39,411 bases of DNA from Octopus bimaculoides (Eukaryota): the NCBI RefSeq assembly GCF_001194135.2, contig NC_068999.1, positions 50,330,911 through 50,370,321 on the forward strand, in the 5' to 3' direction. The notes under the pieces were generated by a model that was not told the origin of the DNA, did not search any database, and saw only the letters and a program-made list of their open reading frames with translations. The position numbers and the translations under genes are program-made. Of the stretch, positions 10,241 through 23,190 are shown piece after piece (the first letter of the stretch is position 1; every line of letters starts with the position of its first letter).

Positions 10241-12947
10241 CACCCGAGTCATGGCACATTGAAATCATGTGATGCAGCATGGTGAATGTGAACTATTTTA
10301 CCAGAAGCTGGGCGGTTGAACAAACAACAAAATCAACGGCCAGGATCAACCGATTCAGTAAGCAAACTATTGCTTTCATCGTAGTTGTGGCGTGAGCAGA
10401 TATGGCATTTCAGTTAGGGGATAGACCGATGTGACTAAAACCTAGGCGAGACATTCATGCCTCTTCCTTCAATCGAGAAATCTGGCCTAAAAATGTTAGG
10501 TTCGTCCGGATAAGTCGATCAACTGGGATAGACATATATGTACAGCATGATATGAAAGTTTACTAGGATTTTTTTGTTATATAGGTTTTAATCCGGTATT
10601 GATAATTTTATCAGTTGTATAACTATTCCAAGTACCCTTTGAAACTTACCGCAAAATGCATGAATAGCACGGCATTTACAACAATTTATTATGAGAATGC
10701 GATTGCGAAAGACTCGAACCGTTACAGTAATTAGATTTAGGAATGCTTTGTCCAGACTAATTACAAAATATTAATAAAGAAATATGTAAAGATCATTAAT
10801 AAAAAAAGGCCAAGCTTGATCATTGTTGCGTTTTTAATATAACATCTTTGAAAGGAACGCTGTTTCCATTTACACACGCAATCACATTTACATGTACATA
10901 TATGCATAATTATATGTTTATATATGTATTATTATATATTTATATACATGCACATATACAATTATGTATAGATAGATACATACATGCATATATACATACA
11001 TACCCACATACATACATATACACTCACACATATATATTTATATATATACATATATATTTCTATATATATATATGTACATAGATACATAAATACTCCCACT
11101 CATACATATATATGCAAATACACATACACACACACACACACCTATCTACGTCCACACACATGCAATCGCATGCGTACACAATCACATGCGCGTAAGTAAG
11201 CACACACGCATGTACACACACTCCACACATGCACGCACACAAACACAAACATAAACACGAACACGCACACACACAACCACACATACATGTAGTTACATAC
11301 AACTTGATGAAACGAATCTATACACATTAACAACACAAACATAAACGTACACAGCTCTTAGGCGCAATTATAGGCATAAAACTACAACTACATTCATAAA
11401 CACATTACATGCACGCAAACAGATTAAACATTCATACACACACACACGCACATACACAGATAACATACAGATAAACACACACGCAAACACACACGAGCGC
11501 ACGCGCGCCAAAACAGCAATTTTCCATCCATACGCAGTTATATTTAATTGTAATCACTCAAGGAAATATTTAACATTGATCTTAATTTCACACAAATCTG
11601 ATAAGCAGTCGGATTAGCGGTAAAAACTAATACGCCTTCCCTGCTACCCTTCCTTCTGTTCAGTCCTATATTTCAAACTATACAAAGCTTTTACACGTCT
11701 TCCAACCAACGGTACCTCGAAGCACAGCCTGTAACCTATGGAAAGTAATATAATGTGTTAGTGGGCCAGTTTTAATAGTGGTGGGAAAACGCAAAACATC
11801 TGAAACACAGCATAAAAATAAAAATTTCTTAATTTAATCCAATGTCAGCTTAATCCAACACACAAACAGACATAAACGCGCACACACACACACGCACACA
11901 GAGGCGCAAGCACACACAGATAGACGAACACACGCGCGCACACACACATATACATATTTATACATATGCGTATACCACGTGTTTCAAGCGTTTGTTAAAT
12001 TTTGGATCCTATTATATATAATTATGGGGTTTAAATAAAGCATTTAAATGGTGCCTTATCTTATTTTTCAATATATGTATATACGTATATTTGTATATAT
12101 ACATACATACATATATATATATATATANNNNNNNNNNNNNNNNNNNNNNNNNNNNNNNNNNNNNNNNNNNNNNNNNNNNNNNNNNNNNNNNNNNNNNNNN
12201 NNNNNNNNNNNNNNNNNNNNNNNNNNNNNNNNNNNNNNNNNNNNNNNNNNNNNNNNNNNNNNNNNNNNNNNNNNNNNNNNNNNNNNNNNNNNNNNNNNNN
12301 NNNNNNNNNNNNNNNNNNNNNNNNNNNNNNNNNNNNNNNNNNNNNNNNNNNNNNNNNNNNNNNNNNNNNNNNNNNNNNNNNNNNNNNNNNNNNNNNNNNN
12401 NNNNNNNNNNNNNNNNNNNNNNNNNNNNNNNNNNNNNNNNNNNNNNNNNNNNNNNNNNNNNNNNNNNNNNNNNNNNNNNNNNNNNNNNNNNNNNNNNNNN
12501 NNNNNNNNNNNNNNNNNNNNNNNNNNNNNNNNNNNNNNNNNNNNNNNNNNNNNNNNNNNNNNNNNNNNNNNNNNNNNNNNNNNNNNNNNNNNNNNNNNNN
12601 NNNNNNNATATATATATACACATACGTATATAGATATATACATACATTCATATGTGTATGTATGCGTATACATTCAGACTCATGCGTATATAGTGAGAGA
12701 TAGGTTGATAAACATTACGTGACATGTTGTGGTTTAAAGAAGATTATTCGTGTCCCTACAGGCATAAACAATTGCGAATAAGTACAGAACTAATGGATTA
12801 TTTGTTCGACAGATTTCAAATATTTAGAATGTGAAAGGCAAAAGTGTTCAACGACGAACGTTTTACGAACACTTTCGTTTCTAAGGCAGTGAAGAAATTT
12901 TCGCTTATACGTATAGCATCTGGTTTCTTTCCTTTAAAAAGCACTTA

Positions 12948-12948
<1 letters not shown>

Positions 12949-13043
<95 letters not shown>

Positions 13044-13055
13044 GCAGCAGCAGCA
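12949..13055. repeat. (CTG)n(CTA)n(GCA)n compound microsatellite
   Basis: Direct reading. Confidence 0.97.
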
Positions 13056-13279
13056 AAAACAACAACAGTAATGGATTATTTCTTCGCCATTTCACGTTCC
13101 GGCAGATTCCCTTGTACCAATGAGTCAAGTGTGTTATGAACACACACTTGTCGTATCAGGTAGAAATTGTTGTTCTTTGACACGCACAACAGCGACTAGC
13201 ACATTCAGAATAAATACGCAAATCATAGTTTCAGATCTCACCGTACACAGTTTAGATAACGATTTTTTTTCCAGTTCTA

Positions 13280-13455
13280 TATTTAAGGGATGAGGAATTA
13301 TGTATATTATTTACATTTGACGGATATTTGCCTTCATCAGGTATCTTGGGGGAAATTTCGAACCTGGGTTCTCATTCCTGAGGGTATATCAACCGAAACG
13401 TTGTGTTAATAACAAACAAGATGAGGATAAATATCCCTCAAATGTAAATGACGTA
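13280..13455. mobile_element. Penelope-like terminal-repeat remnant with partial inverted duplication and split hammerhead halves
   Basis: 30-nt inverted arms at 13309-13338 and 13420-13449 (26/30). Minus strand has GATAC-CTGATGA-AGGC at 13345-13330; plus strand has CC-GAAAC-GTT-GTGTT at 13393-13407. Confidence 0.55.
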
Positions 13456-14454
13456 CGAATTTTTTGTTTGTTTAAGCTCAACGGTCAGGCTATTTCTGGG
13501 TGTCGAGAAACAACATATCAGAATACTGGTGTCCTAGAATCCCTTGCGTTATGAAAACATTGTCGTTGTAAAAGGGAGAAGTTGTACTGATGTGATGTAC
13601 ACAGCAACGATTAGCGTATTTGCATTTGAATCTGCCGGAACGTATTTAGAATGAATATGCAAATTATTGCTTCATATCTCGCTGTGCACATCGCAAATAA
13701 TGATCTTTTATTACATGTAAAAAAAAAATGTCGTAAGGTTTCGTTCAGCGGCTTTCGTGGATCCCTGTAATAATAGACGCTTTGGGAATGGTTAAAAAAA
13801 GCAAACAAACAAAAAACAAACAAACACCCCAAAATATGCCAATAAAGAAATAAATTGCGGAAATCTCAGAAGTGCAAACAAATATGCACAACAAACAGAA
13901 AATAGCACAATTAGACAGTGTACACACATACATATAGATTAGGTTCAGCGCAGTAGAAAATAAAAGACCTATTGAGATGTATTCTGTAAAGCATTGAAAA
14001 CACGAAAACAAGAATAAAACTACTGAAAAATAAACAATAAAATTAAAAAATAAAATATCATTTTCGAAACGATTTTCTTGTGTTATGGCTTCAATCATAA
14101 AACTGAATCTTTTTGCTAAAGTTTAAAATAAGAATCAAAATAAATCAAACACAAATATTTATTCTGTAAGGTCAATATACTCAATCATTTGTAAACGTCC
14201 TGTGGAAACGCCTTATCTCATAAAAGAAGTAAAACCATATAAACAAATAAACTTACTAGATTTGACAAACAACCGTAAGAAATATATATAAAGAGAATTG
14301 TAATATCACAATGTTATAAGCCGTGAAAAGGCCTTTTTGGTCTTGTTTCGAAAATACGTTTAGATAACTCTAAAAAGAAAGGAATAATGAAACTTCTTTC
14401 GTTCAAGTGGAGACATTTAGATAAATGTTTCGTAAATCTGAAAATATAAACAAC

Positions 14455-15151
14455 TCAATTATCTTTTATCTTTTATCTTTTACTTGCTTTCAGTCATTGT
14501 ATTGCGGCCATGCTGAAGCACCGCCTCCAAGGGTTTTAGTTAAACAAATCTAGTCCAATACCTTTTTTTTTCTTTTAAGTCTGGTACTTTTTCTGTCCTC
14601 TTTTGCCGAGCCGATACGTTACGCGGACATAATTAAAGTAACACCGGTTGTGAAACGGTGGGAGGCGGGAAACAAACAAACAAACACACACACACATAGA
14701 CATTGACAAGGCCCTTAATCCCTTGGAGGTCGTTGGAGCGCTGCAGCCATGCAGCGTATCTAGGGTGAGAAAGCCTGGCGGAGCCCATCACTCTTTAGGC
14801 TAAACTCATTTCTACAGCTGAGTGGAATAGAGCAACGTGGAGTGAAGTGTTTTTCTCAAGAACACAACGCATCGCCTGGTCCAGGAATCGAAACCACAAT
14901 CGTGAGTCCAACACCCTAACCACTAAACCACGCGCCTCCAAATGTATGTGTGTGTGTATATACATACACATGCAGACACACACACACACACACACATGCA
15001 CAACGAGCTTCTTTCAGATTCCGTCAGCCAAATTCTCTCAAGAGGCTTTGGTCAGCTGAGGCTGTAGTAGATGACACTTAAGCCAGTGGGACTGAACTCG
15101 GAACTCTGTGGATGGGAAATATACTTCTTATCACGCAGCCACGCCTGCGCC
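14455..15151 (-). mobile_element. SINE family C (head 15151-15003, internal (TG)n, tail 14690-14455) interrupted by a nested SINE
   Basis: Head GGCGCAGGCGTGGCTGCGTGATAAG; tail ...GCGGTGCTTCAGCATGGCCGCAATACAATGACTGAAAGCAAGTAAAAGATAAAAG. The tail also matches 30922-31010. Confidence 0.7.
14702..14940 (-). mobile_element. SINE family A, nested in the (CA)n tract of the family C element
   Basis: GGAGGCGCGTGGTTTAGTGG A box, GGTTTCGATTCC B box and TTGCTCTATTCCACTCAGCTG core; similar heads at 16470 and 24003. Confidence 0.8.
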
Positions 15152-16469
15152 TATATATATTTCCAACAAAGTCGTGTGTTGTCCATGCCTTCGAAACGCG
15201 GAGTAGATGGAACAGGGACAACCGACGAAGGGATATACTCTTAATGTTGCATGTCTCGTTTCTCTGTTTGTTTGTTTTTCGTTGTTCGAAAAAAAAGTTC
15301 GTTTTCTGTTTTCGTTTCTCATTGTGTTTAACGTTTTTTTGGTGATATCCTGTACACATATATGCATGTATGTATGTATGTATGTATGTATGTATGTATG
15401 TATGTATACATATAAATGTAGGTATGTGCATATATGTATGGATATATGCATATATCTATATTATTTATATTATTATTATTATCATTATATATATNNNNNN
15501 NNNNNNNNNNNNNNNNNNNNNNNNNNNNNNNNNNNNNNNNNNNNNNNNNNNNNNNNNNNNNNNNNNNNNNNNNNNNNNNNNNNNNNNNNNNNNNNNNNNN
15601 NNNNNNNNNNNNNNNNNNNNNNNNNNNNNNNNNNNNNNNNNNNNNNNNNNNNNNNNNNNNNNNNNNNNNNNNNNNNNNNNNNNNNNNNNNNNNNNNNNNN
15701 NNNNNNNNNNNNNNNNNNNNNNNNNNNNNNNNNNNNNNNNNNNNNNNNNNNNNNNNNNNNNNNNNNNNNNNNNNNNNNNNNNNNNNNNNNNNNNNNNNNN
15801 NNNNNNNNNNNNNNNNNNNNNNNNNNNNNNNNNNNNNNNNNNNNNNNNNNNNNNNNNNNNNNNNNNNNNNNNNNNNNNNNNNNNNNNNNNNNNNNNNNNN
15901 NNNNNNNNNNNNNNNNNNNNNNNNNNNNNNNNNNNNNNNNNNNNNNNNNNNNNNNNNNNNNNNNNNNNNNNNNNNNNNNNNNNNNNNNNNNNNNNNNNNN
16001 NNNNNNNNNNNNNNNNNNNNNNNNNNNNNNNNNNNNNNNNNNNNNNNNNNNNNNNNNNNNNNNNNNNNNNNNNNNNNNNNNNNNNNNNNNNNNNNNNNNN
16101 NNNNNNNNNNNNNNNNNNNNNNNNNNNNNNNNNNNNNNNNNNNNNNNNNNNNNNNNNNNNNNNNNNNNNNNNNNNNNNNNNNNNNNNNNNNNNNNNNNNN
16201 NNNNNNNNNNNNNNNNNNNNNNNNNNNNNNNNNNNNNNNNNNNNNNNNNNNNNNNNNNNNNNNNNNNNNNNNNNNNNNNNNNNNNNNNNNNNNNNNNNNN
16301 NNNNNNNNNNNNNNNNNNNNNNNNNNNNNNNNNNNNNNNNNNNNNNNNNNNNNNNNNNNNNNNNNNNNNNNNNNNNNNNNNNNNNNNNNNNNNNNNNNNN
16401 NNNNNNNNNNNNNNNNNNNNNNNNNATACACACACACACATATACGCACCTATGCAGAAACATTTTGAA

Positions 16470-16610
16470 AGCGCGTGGCTGAGTGGTCAAGGTGTTTCAC
16501 TCACGATCACGAGATCGTGGTTTCGATTCCTGGGCAGCGCGATGCGTTGTGATTTTGAGTAGAAAGTGTCACCGCACATTGCCTCAGTCCTGCTCAGCTG
16601 CTAATAAGTA
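16470..16610 (+). mobile_element. SINE family A head
   Basis: GCGCGTGGCTGAGTGG...GGTTTCGATTCCTGGG...GATGCGTTGTG...CTCAGCTG. Confidence 0.75.
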
Positions 16611-16621
16611 ACCTTACGATG

Positions 16622-16657
<36 letters not shown>

Positions 16658-17479
16658 ACACATGAACATTGTATAAGTGCGTGGCTTACCAAAATTATAC
16701 GCCAGCTCAACAGTGGCTGTGGTAGAGAATGGTAGTTATGTCGTTTATAGTCTCGTAAGCGGAGAAAGTAAAACAATCGCGACAGACATGAATATAGCGA
16801 CCTAACTACATGCGTTCGTGCTTATATATATGTAGCATTCTCTAATAAATGAGTGATAGTAGATGAATAGTGTAATTACATAGCATATGTATACCGAATC
16901 TACAATCAGTAATATTTGGTATTTTACCATAGTTTTACTCACTTTACCACTGTCTTGCCATAAAATTTGAATATCAGTAAAGGACAAACATTTACGTAAT
17001 ATACCAGGCTGCGAATGAGATAATATATTTATATACAGGTTGTATACAAATGACTGATAACATCCTACTATGTTGAAATCGTGATGATTCGGTTGTGTGG
17101 CTTACACTATTAGGTTGAATTGTTTTGACCACCATAACAATAATGAATATAATATTCACATTGAGAGTTAAAATTTAATAAGAAATTCATGCTACTTACC
17201 TGGAATTTCTCAGTTATGATGGTACGTCAAAGTATGTTTTATGTTAAATCCGAAACATTTGCATCGCTAAAACAGTGTATTATCTTCCATATTGTTGTGT
17301 CGGAATGGAAAAGTTAATTGACAATAACGACAAAATAAATAAATAAAGAACAAGATGAAGAGATTGAAATGTAATTGAGAGAATTAAATATGGAAGTCGA
17401 AGCATGAAGAGATATACAACATCAAAACCAATATAAATGGGACGTAGATAGCAAAAGAGAAATGGTAAAAGTTTCTCGC

Positions 17480-18090
17480 AATGACTTGAGGCTATTAAAA
17501 TTTATAACAATATGGAGCCAGATTTTGTCATTAGTGTAGTAAATGCTGATATAACGTCATCGCAGTTTCCTTTTCACGACGTCTTAAAATTCTTTTGTCC
17601 CAATACGATTTATGATTCTCCAACGATTTTATCTTCTATTCTTCTATGTATCTAAATCTTAAGTATCACTTCTATTTGTTTTCGCAGTCCTTTGGACGAC
17701 TGACCATTTTAAATTTAGCTTCTGCAAATTGTGGTTTTACTTTTCTCTTTCAATATGGTCTTGTTATTTTTGTCATACGTCTTTAATACATCCGTTTCCT
17801 ACAGTTTCTTTATTTGATGTTTCAGTGACTTTAAACGACCACTCTTTCAATTAATTCTGTCATTTTAAACAGTATTCTTCTGACTGTCTTGAAAATCTAC
17901 TGAATCATGTTATCCTCTGCAGTCTTGATGAACTTATGCTTATCGTCTGCAAATTTAATTGATGTACATTTGTTGTGTGCTGTTTGAAATAGTCTCTGTC
18001 GTACGTTGTTACAAAATCTTGTCCCTTCTCAGTGATCTAGTCTGTTTCAAATGGTCTTGTATCGTTTGCTATAACAATTGTCGACAGTTT
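17480..18090 (-). mobile_element. Old, heavily decayed RTE-like LINE remnant
   Basis: Minus translation gives, in the expected order, VRQ (18006-17995), IKFADD (17959-17942) and IINRIGTKEF*DVVKRKLR* (cf. RTE VKRRKLRW). Many stops and deletions. Confidence 0.45.
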
Positions 18091-18378
18091 GAACTACCTC
18101 ACGTCTTTTAAAAGTAATGTTCCCGCCTGTGTATGTCATATTACGTACATATCTACGTCACTAGCAATGTCTACATGTAAGTACATTGGAACTCTAACCC
18201 TTAATGTCAATGGCCACAATATCGTAAGAAGTATTTTAATTATTTCAACGCACACAGACGCGCACAGACCGCACACAGACGCATATACTCACTCGCAGAC
18301 TCTCGCACGTACATCCAATATACTTGCATACGCACACACACACACATGTATATGCATATATATAAATGTATATATATG

Positions 18379-18429
<51 letters not shown>

Positions 18430-18434
18430 GTGTA

Positions 18435-18487
<53 letters not shown>

Positions 18488-19278
18488 NNNNNNNNNNNNN
18501 NNNNNNNNNNNNNNNNNNNNNNNNNNNNNNNNNNNNNNNNNNNNNNNNNNNNNNNNNNNNNNNNNNNNNNNNNNNNNNNNNNNNNNNNNNNNNNNNNNNN
18601 NNNNNNNNNNNNNNNNNNNNNNNNNNNNNNNNNNNNNNNNNNNNNNNNNNNNNNNNNNNNNNNNNTATATATATGTATATATATATATATGTATCTATAA
18701 TCATATCTATATCTATATCTATCTATATATATATAATTATATATATACATACACACGTAGGTCCTCAACCATACTCTCACATACACATACACATGCACAC
18801 ACATATATGCAAATACCCATCTATATACACAATGTACAAGTGTAAAAAGATTGTAAATTACGTATACTTATACGATTCAAATTTTAATGGTTCGTAAGCA
18901 TTCTTTCCATCTCAGTCTGTCTGTATCTGTGATTGCTATGACAAACGCACACATACACATGCACAGACACACACACACGCACGAACGCACACGCGTGCAT
19001 ACACACATGCACACACGCACTCACACACTGTTTATAGAATCATACTAAAGTTTCTTCAAGTATAGCAATTTCTTAAGCAGAAAGGACATACAAAGGACTC
19101 ATATACATAAAAATACACAGACAAGTGTACGCACTCACTCACACACCCATTTACAATCATCAACAGACATGTGTGAATATTATATAATATAAATATTACG
19201 CATATGAAAATATGTAGATATAATCATACATATATTCATTTAAAACGACATATACACACGCTCCCCTCATTTATTTAT

Positions 19279-19280
<2 letters not shown>

Positions 19281-19352
<72 letters not shown>

Positions 19353-19378
19353 GTCTGTCTGTCTGTCTGTCTGTCTGT
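19281..19378. repeat. (ATCT)n(GTCT)n microsatellite
   Basis: Direct reading. Confidence 0.97.
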
Positions 19379-19691
19379 GTTATGTTCCAAAAATTTAACA
19401 AAAACACAACAAACGGAAAGTTCACATACAAGACATAACTCATTCCTCATCAGTCATCGTCCAAATGATCACAGCAATCTCGTGCCTTTAACGATAATAT
19501 TGTTCACTTTCGATGGCGTCAGCGCCTTGAAGCCACTGGGAATAGCTAGCGAATGTACAACACAATGTGGATATGCGAGTTATTGCGATATTAATAACCT
19601 GGTGTTAAAACTCATTATACATATGCTTCAGAACAAAACCTCAATGGAGTACGGAGTAATAATAATAAATTAAATAAATGACAACGGATGA

Positions 19692-19772
19692 AGCTCTGAT
19701 GAAGCTGTAGGGTAATACACAAGCACTCAATTATGAGTGTATTGCATCTCATAGCAGAAACAACCGTAAGCT
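19692..19772 (+). ncRNA. Type I hammerhead ribozyme fold with extended stem II
   Basis: Stem I AGCT(19692-95)/AGCT(19769-72); CTGATGA 19696-702; stem II GCTGT/ATAGC, GTAATAC/GTATTGC and ACTC/GAGT; GAAAC 19757-61; GTA cleavage triplet 19766-68. The 10.1-11.1 position is A.A rather than G-C. Confidence 0.55.
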
Positions 19773-19905
19773 GGTGAAGTTCATAACGTGATTTCTTGTT
19801 CCCTTGTTACTCATTTAATTTCTTACACACACATACACACAGACACACACACACACACTCATACACACACGCGTGCATGCACTGATTGACATTCAGCTAT
19901 GCTCC

Positions 19906-19943
<38 letters not shown>

Positions 19944-20157
19944 ATATGGATGGGGAATGGATGAATGTGGGCGAGTGAGTGCACGTGCGTGCATGTGAAC
20001 ACGTATGCTCTTGATCGAACTGTAATATCAAGTATATACAAGGAGCACATAACATAACAAATAAAGACATAAGATAAAAAAAAGGAAAAAAACTACAACA
20101 AAAACAAGCAAAAGCCAAAAACAAATAAAAACAACAGACGGGAAAAAATAAAAACAA

Positions 20158-20189
<32 letters not shown>

Positions 20190-20246
20190 CATCAAATTTT
20201 GCTACAAGGGCAGCAAATTTTGGGGAGGGGATGAGTCGATTACATC

Positions 20247-20287
<41 letters not shown>

Positions 20288-20796
20288 TAATAATATAATG
20301 ATCTCATTTATTTGCCACCAGGGCGAAGGATGAGGGGGACAGTACAAAGACAGACATAAAGTGTCTGTGTGGTTTTTTTTTACATATAATGAAACGTAAA
20401 AAAAAAGTGAAAGAAAGAAAGAAAGTAAGTATACACGGTATAGACTGAAAACGAAGGGACACACGCATAGCATACAGAGGTTTAAAAGAAAAACAAGAAG
20501 AAGAAAACAAGACGCGAAATACAAATGTCAAAGAAGCGAAGTATGGCAGCGTAGAATACTTGCAGAAAAGTCAAGGAGTAAAAGATGTGACTATATGGAA
20601 GGTATGTGCGGTGCTGTTTCGTGTGAAGAGATGGTCAGTAATATGAATGATTCTATAAGTAGCGGAAGTAAGTTACAGGATTAAGATGTCGTTTATACCA
20701 ATGGTATTTTGTCATAGTTAGAAGTATCGTGGTATTATTCCGTGCGGTTGGTTTTCAGTTTTATCACCATTTTCGTAATGATATTACCTGATTTGT

Positions 20797-20895
20797 AAAT
20801 TCCGCCGGGGGTCCACTTTGCTTTTCATCCTTTCGGGGTTGATAAATTAAGTACCAAATTTCGGGGCCTTGTGCTTAAAATAGAAAAGAATATTA
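20797..20895 (+). mobile_element. 5'-truncated, internally deleted family M SINE with 20-bp TSD
   Basis: ATATTACCTGATTTGTAAAT at 20781-20800 and 20890-20909 flanks the TTCCGCCGGGGGTCCACTTTG...GGCCTTGTGC...TAGAAAAGA body. Confidence 0.9.
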
Positions 20896-21031
20896 CCTGA
20901 TTTGTAAATCATACTACTTTCCATTGAGTCACCTTATCTAACCATCCGTCCGTCCGTCTGTTTATCTATCTATCTGTCTGTCTGTCTATCTATCTATCAC
21001 TGTGTTTGTATATCTGTGTGTCTGTCTGTCA

Positions 21032-21078
21032 GTCAGTCCGATGATGGCTTAGCTGACCGAAACTTCGAAGTCACTGGC
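21032..21078 (+). ncRNA. Minimal type I hammerhead ribozyme fold with palindromic stem III, core variant CCGATGA
   Basis: Stem I GTCAGT/ACTGGC (6 bp incl. G.U); CCGATGA 21038-44 (U4C); weak stem II GG...CC; GAAAC 21059-63; perfect palindrome ACTTCGAAGT 21062-71; GTC triplet 21070-72; AATAAA about 10 nt downstream. Confidence 0.6.
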
Positions 21079-21902
21079 ACACGCACCCAATAAATAAAGA
21101 AATATTTGGGACAATTCTTAGAAAATGTGACACGTGTGACAAAAGTCTCTCACAAATCAGTCAATCAGTAAACGATTGAACTATAGCCAGTGTGCATGTT
21201 CTTTATTGACAGAATGACTCTCCCGAAATACTATCCGTTTCATGGAAAACATTGCGAAATAAACACAACACACAAAGAAATCAATTCTCTTTTATTATGG
21301 CCGTTGTCTTGTTCTTTCTTCCGCTTCACATGTACTTTCACTTCTACCTTCTCATTCCTCCACTATTTTCTCTCTTTCTTGGCTTTTCATAACCTTTATT
21401 TCTGTGTTATTTTAATTTTCATATAATTTTCTACTCCATAAATAATCTCATATTCCCATATTCTCATAATCTCTATAATCAGCTTTTATCTGATTTAACT
21501 TCACTCCACCCGATTGGACACATACATATATATCTTAGTTAAATATGTAGCTAGTCGGATGGACTAACCGGCCGTTAATTGAGTCGAGTAGTAGCATAGA
21601 AGTCGTGCTTCATTTTGTTTTGATAAATTGGGCCACAGATAGCTAAAATTAAACATGTAGACTTCATACGTAACCTTTTAACTGTTGCTTTTCCATGGAT
21701 AGGAACTATACAAATATTTGAATAGGCTCGTACAATGGCAAAGCTAAATAGTATACAGCCCGAGGCAACTCACGAATTTGCCTCTCTCTCCTGGCCCTCG
21801 GGCCTACACAGGCTTATACAGCAGACTAAAAAGTATCATCCCCATAAAAGCGTCGCCCAAGATGTAAAGTAAAGGCAACATAGTTCTANNNNNNNNNNNN
21901 NN

Positions 21903-21960
<58 letters not shown>

Positions 21961-22266
21961 GGTGTGGCATCTTTCTCCAAACCACTCGAAAAGAACAACA
22001 GTGGCAAAGGTTTTCTCGCTGTCCTTTTCCTTCACGATGTAATTGCCCCATTATGTTAGTGACGTCATGCAAAAGCACGACTCTTCATTTACCCGTAACC
22101 AGTCATCTATTAAGCTATCACAATATCACCACCGGGGGGAAATCCCCCAAAAGTAACAACTCAACCACCCGTCTTCTATACAANNNNNNNNNNGTATGTA
22201 TGTATGTATGTATGTATGTATGTATGTATGTGTGTGTGTATGCCTGTGTATGTAATTATGTGTACG

Positions 22267-22322
<56 letters not shown>

Positions 22323-22673
22323 NNNNNNNNNNNNNNNNNNNNNNNNNNNNNNNNNNNNNNNNNNNNNNNNNNNNNNNNNNNNNNNNNNNNNNNNNNNNNN
22401 NNNNNNNNNNNNNNNNNNNNNNNNGATGTAATTGCCCCATTATGTTAGTGACGTCATGCAAAAGCACGACTCTTCATTTACCCGTAACCAGTCATCTATT
22501 AAGCTATCACAATATCACCACCGGGGGGAAATCCCCCAAAAGTAACAACTCAACCACCCGTCTTCTATACAATGATTTGCACCCGAGTATCACTAACTGC
22601 TACTTTCAAGTATATATATAAGTATAGCTCCACTTTTAGTCACTGACATCTTCCCGTCACAGCGTACATTAAA

Positions 22674-22675
22674 AT

Positions 22676-22711
<36 letters not shown>

Positions 22712-23190
22712 CATGGCTACCCCTTCCACCATCACCATCACCACCATCACCACTACTACTACCACTACTACCACTACCACCCACCTTTGCCATTTATCGT
22801 CATTAATATTACGACTTCCATCACAACTGCCATCGCAACATCCACCACCGCCGCCGCCACCACAATCACCGCACCTCCACCTACATCTTCCAACCGCCGC
22901 CATTACCGTCACCACCAACCCCGCCACGCCCTTCATTAATTAACACGGCTCTATTAAAGAGGTGCTAGAAGTTTGAAGCTCTTCACTTACTTCCGCCAAT
23001 TACATTTGTGTCGGGAAAACCAACTCGGCATTCAACTATCATAGAGCTTTATACCATCGTTATGACCACCACTACAACCACAACCACCACAACTACGACC
23101 ATTACATCTACGACCAACACTACTACTACTTCCACTATTACTACTACCGCAATCCCCATCATCACCACCAACACCATAACCGATACCACA
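22674..23190. repeat. Degenerate (ACG)/(ACC)/(ACT)/(CCG) trinucleotide arrays (22674-22930 and 23060-23190)
   Basis: Direct reading; source of the poly-T/V/R pseudo-ORFs. Confidence 0.9.

Noticed and set aside
19377-19673. 98-aa plus-strand ORF with a Cys cluster
   Set aside because: It starts in a microsatellite, has no credible acceptor or domain, and its length is expected by chance.
20530-20606. Plus-strand GAAG|GTATGT donor with a short open frame
   Set aside because: The upstream sequence is A-rich, with no acceptor.
22036-22572. Exact 148-bp duplication (22036-22183 = 22425-22572)
   Set aside because: 100% identical, and each copy abuts a gap, so it is most likely uncollapsed contig overlap.
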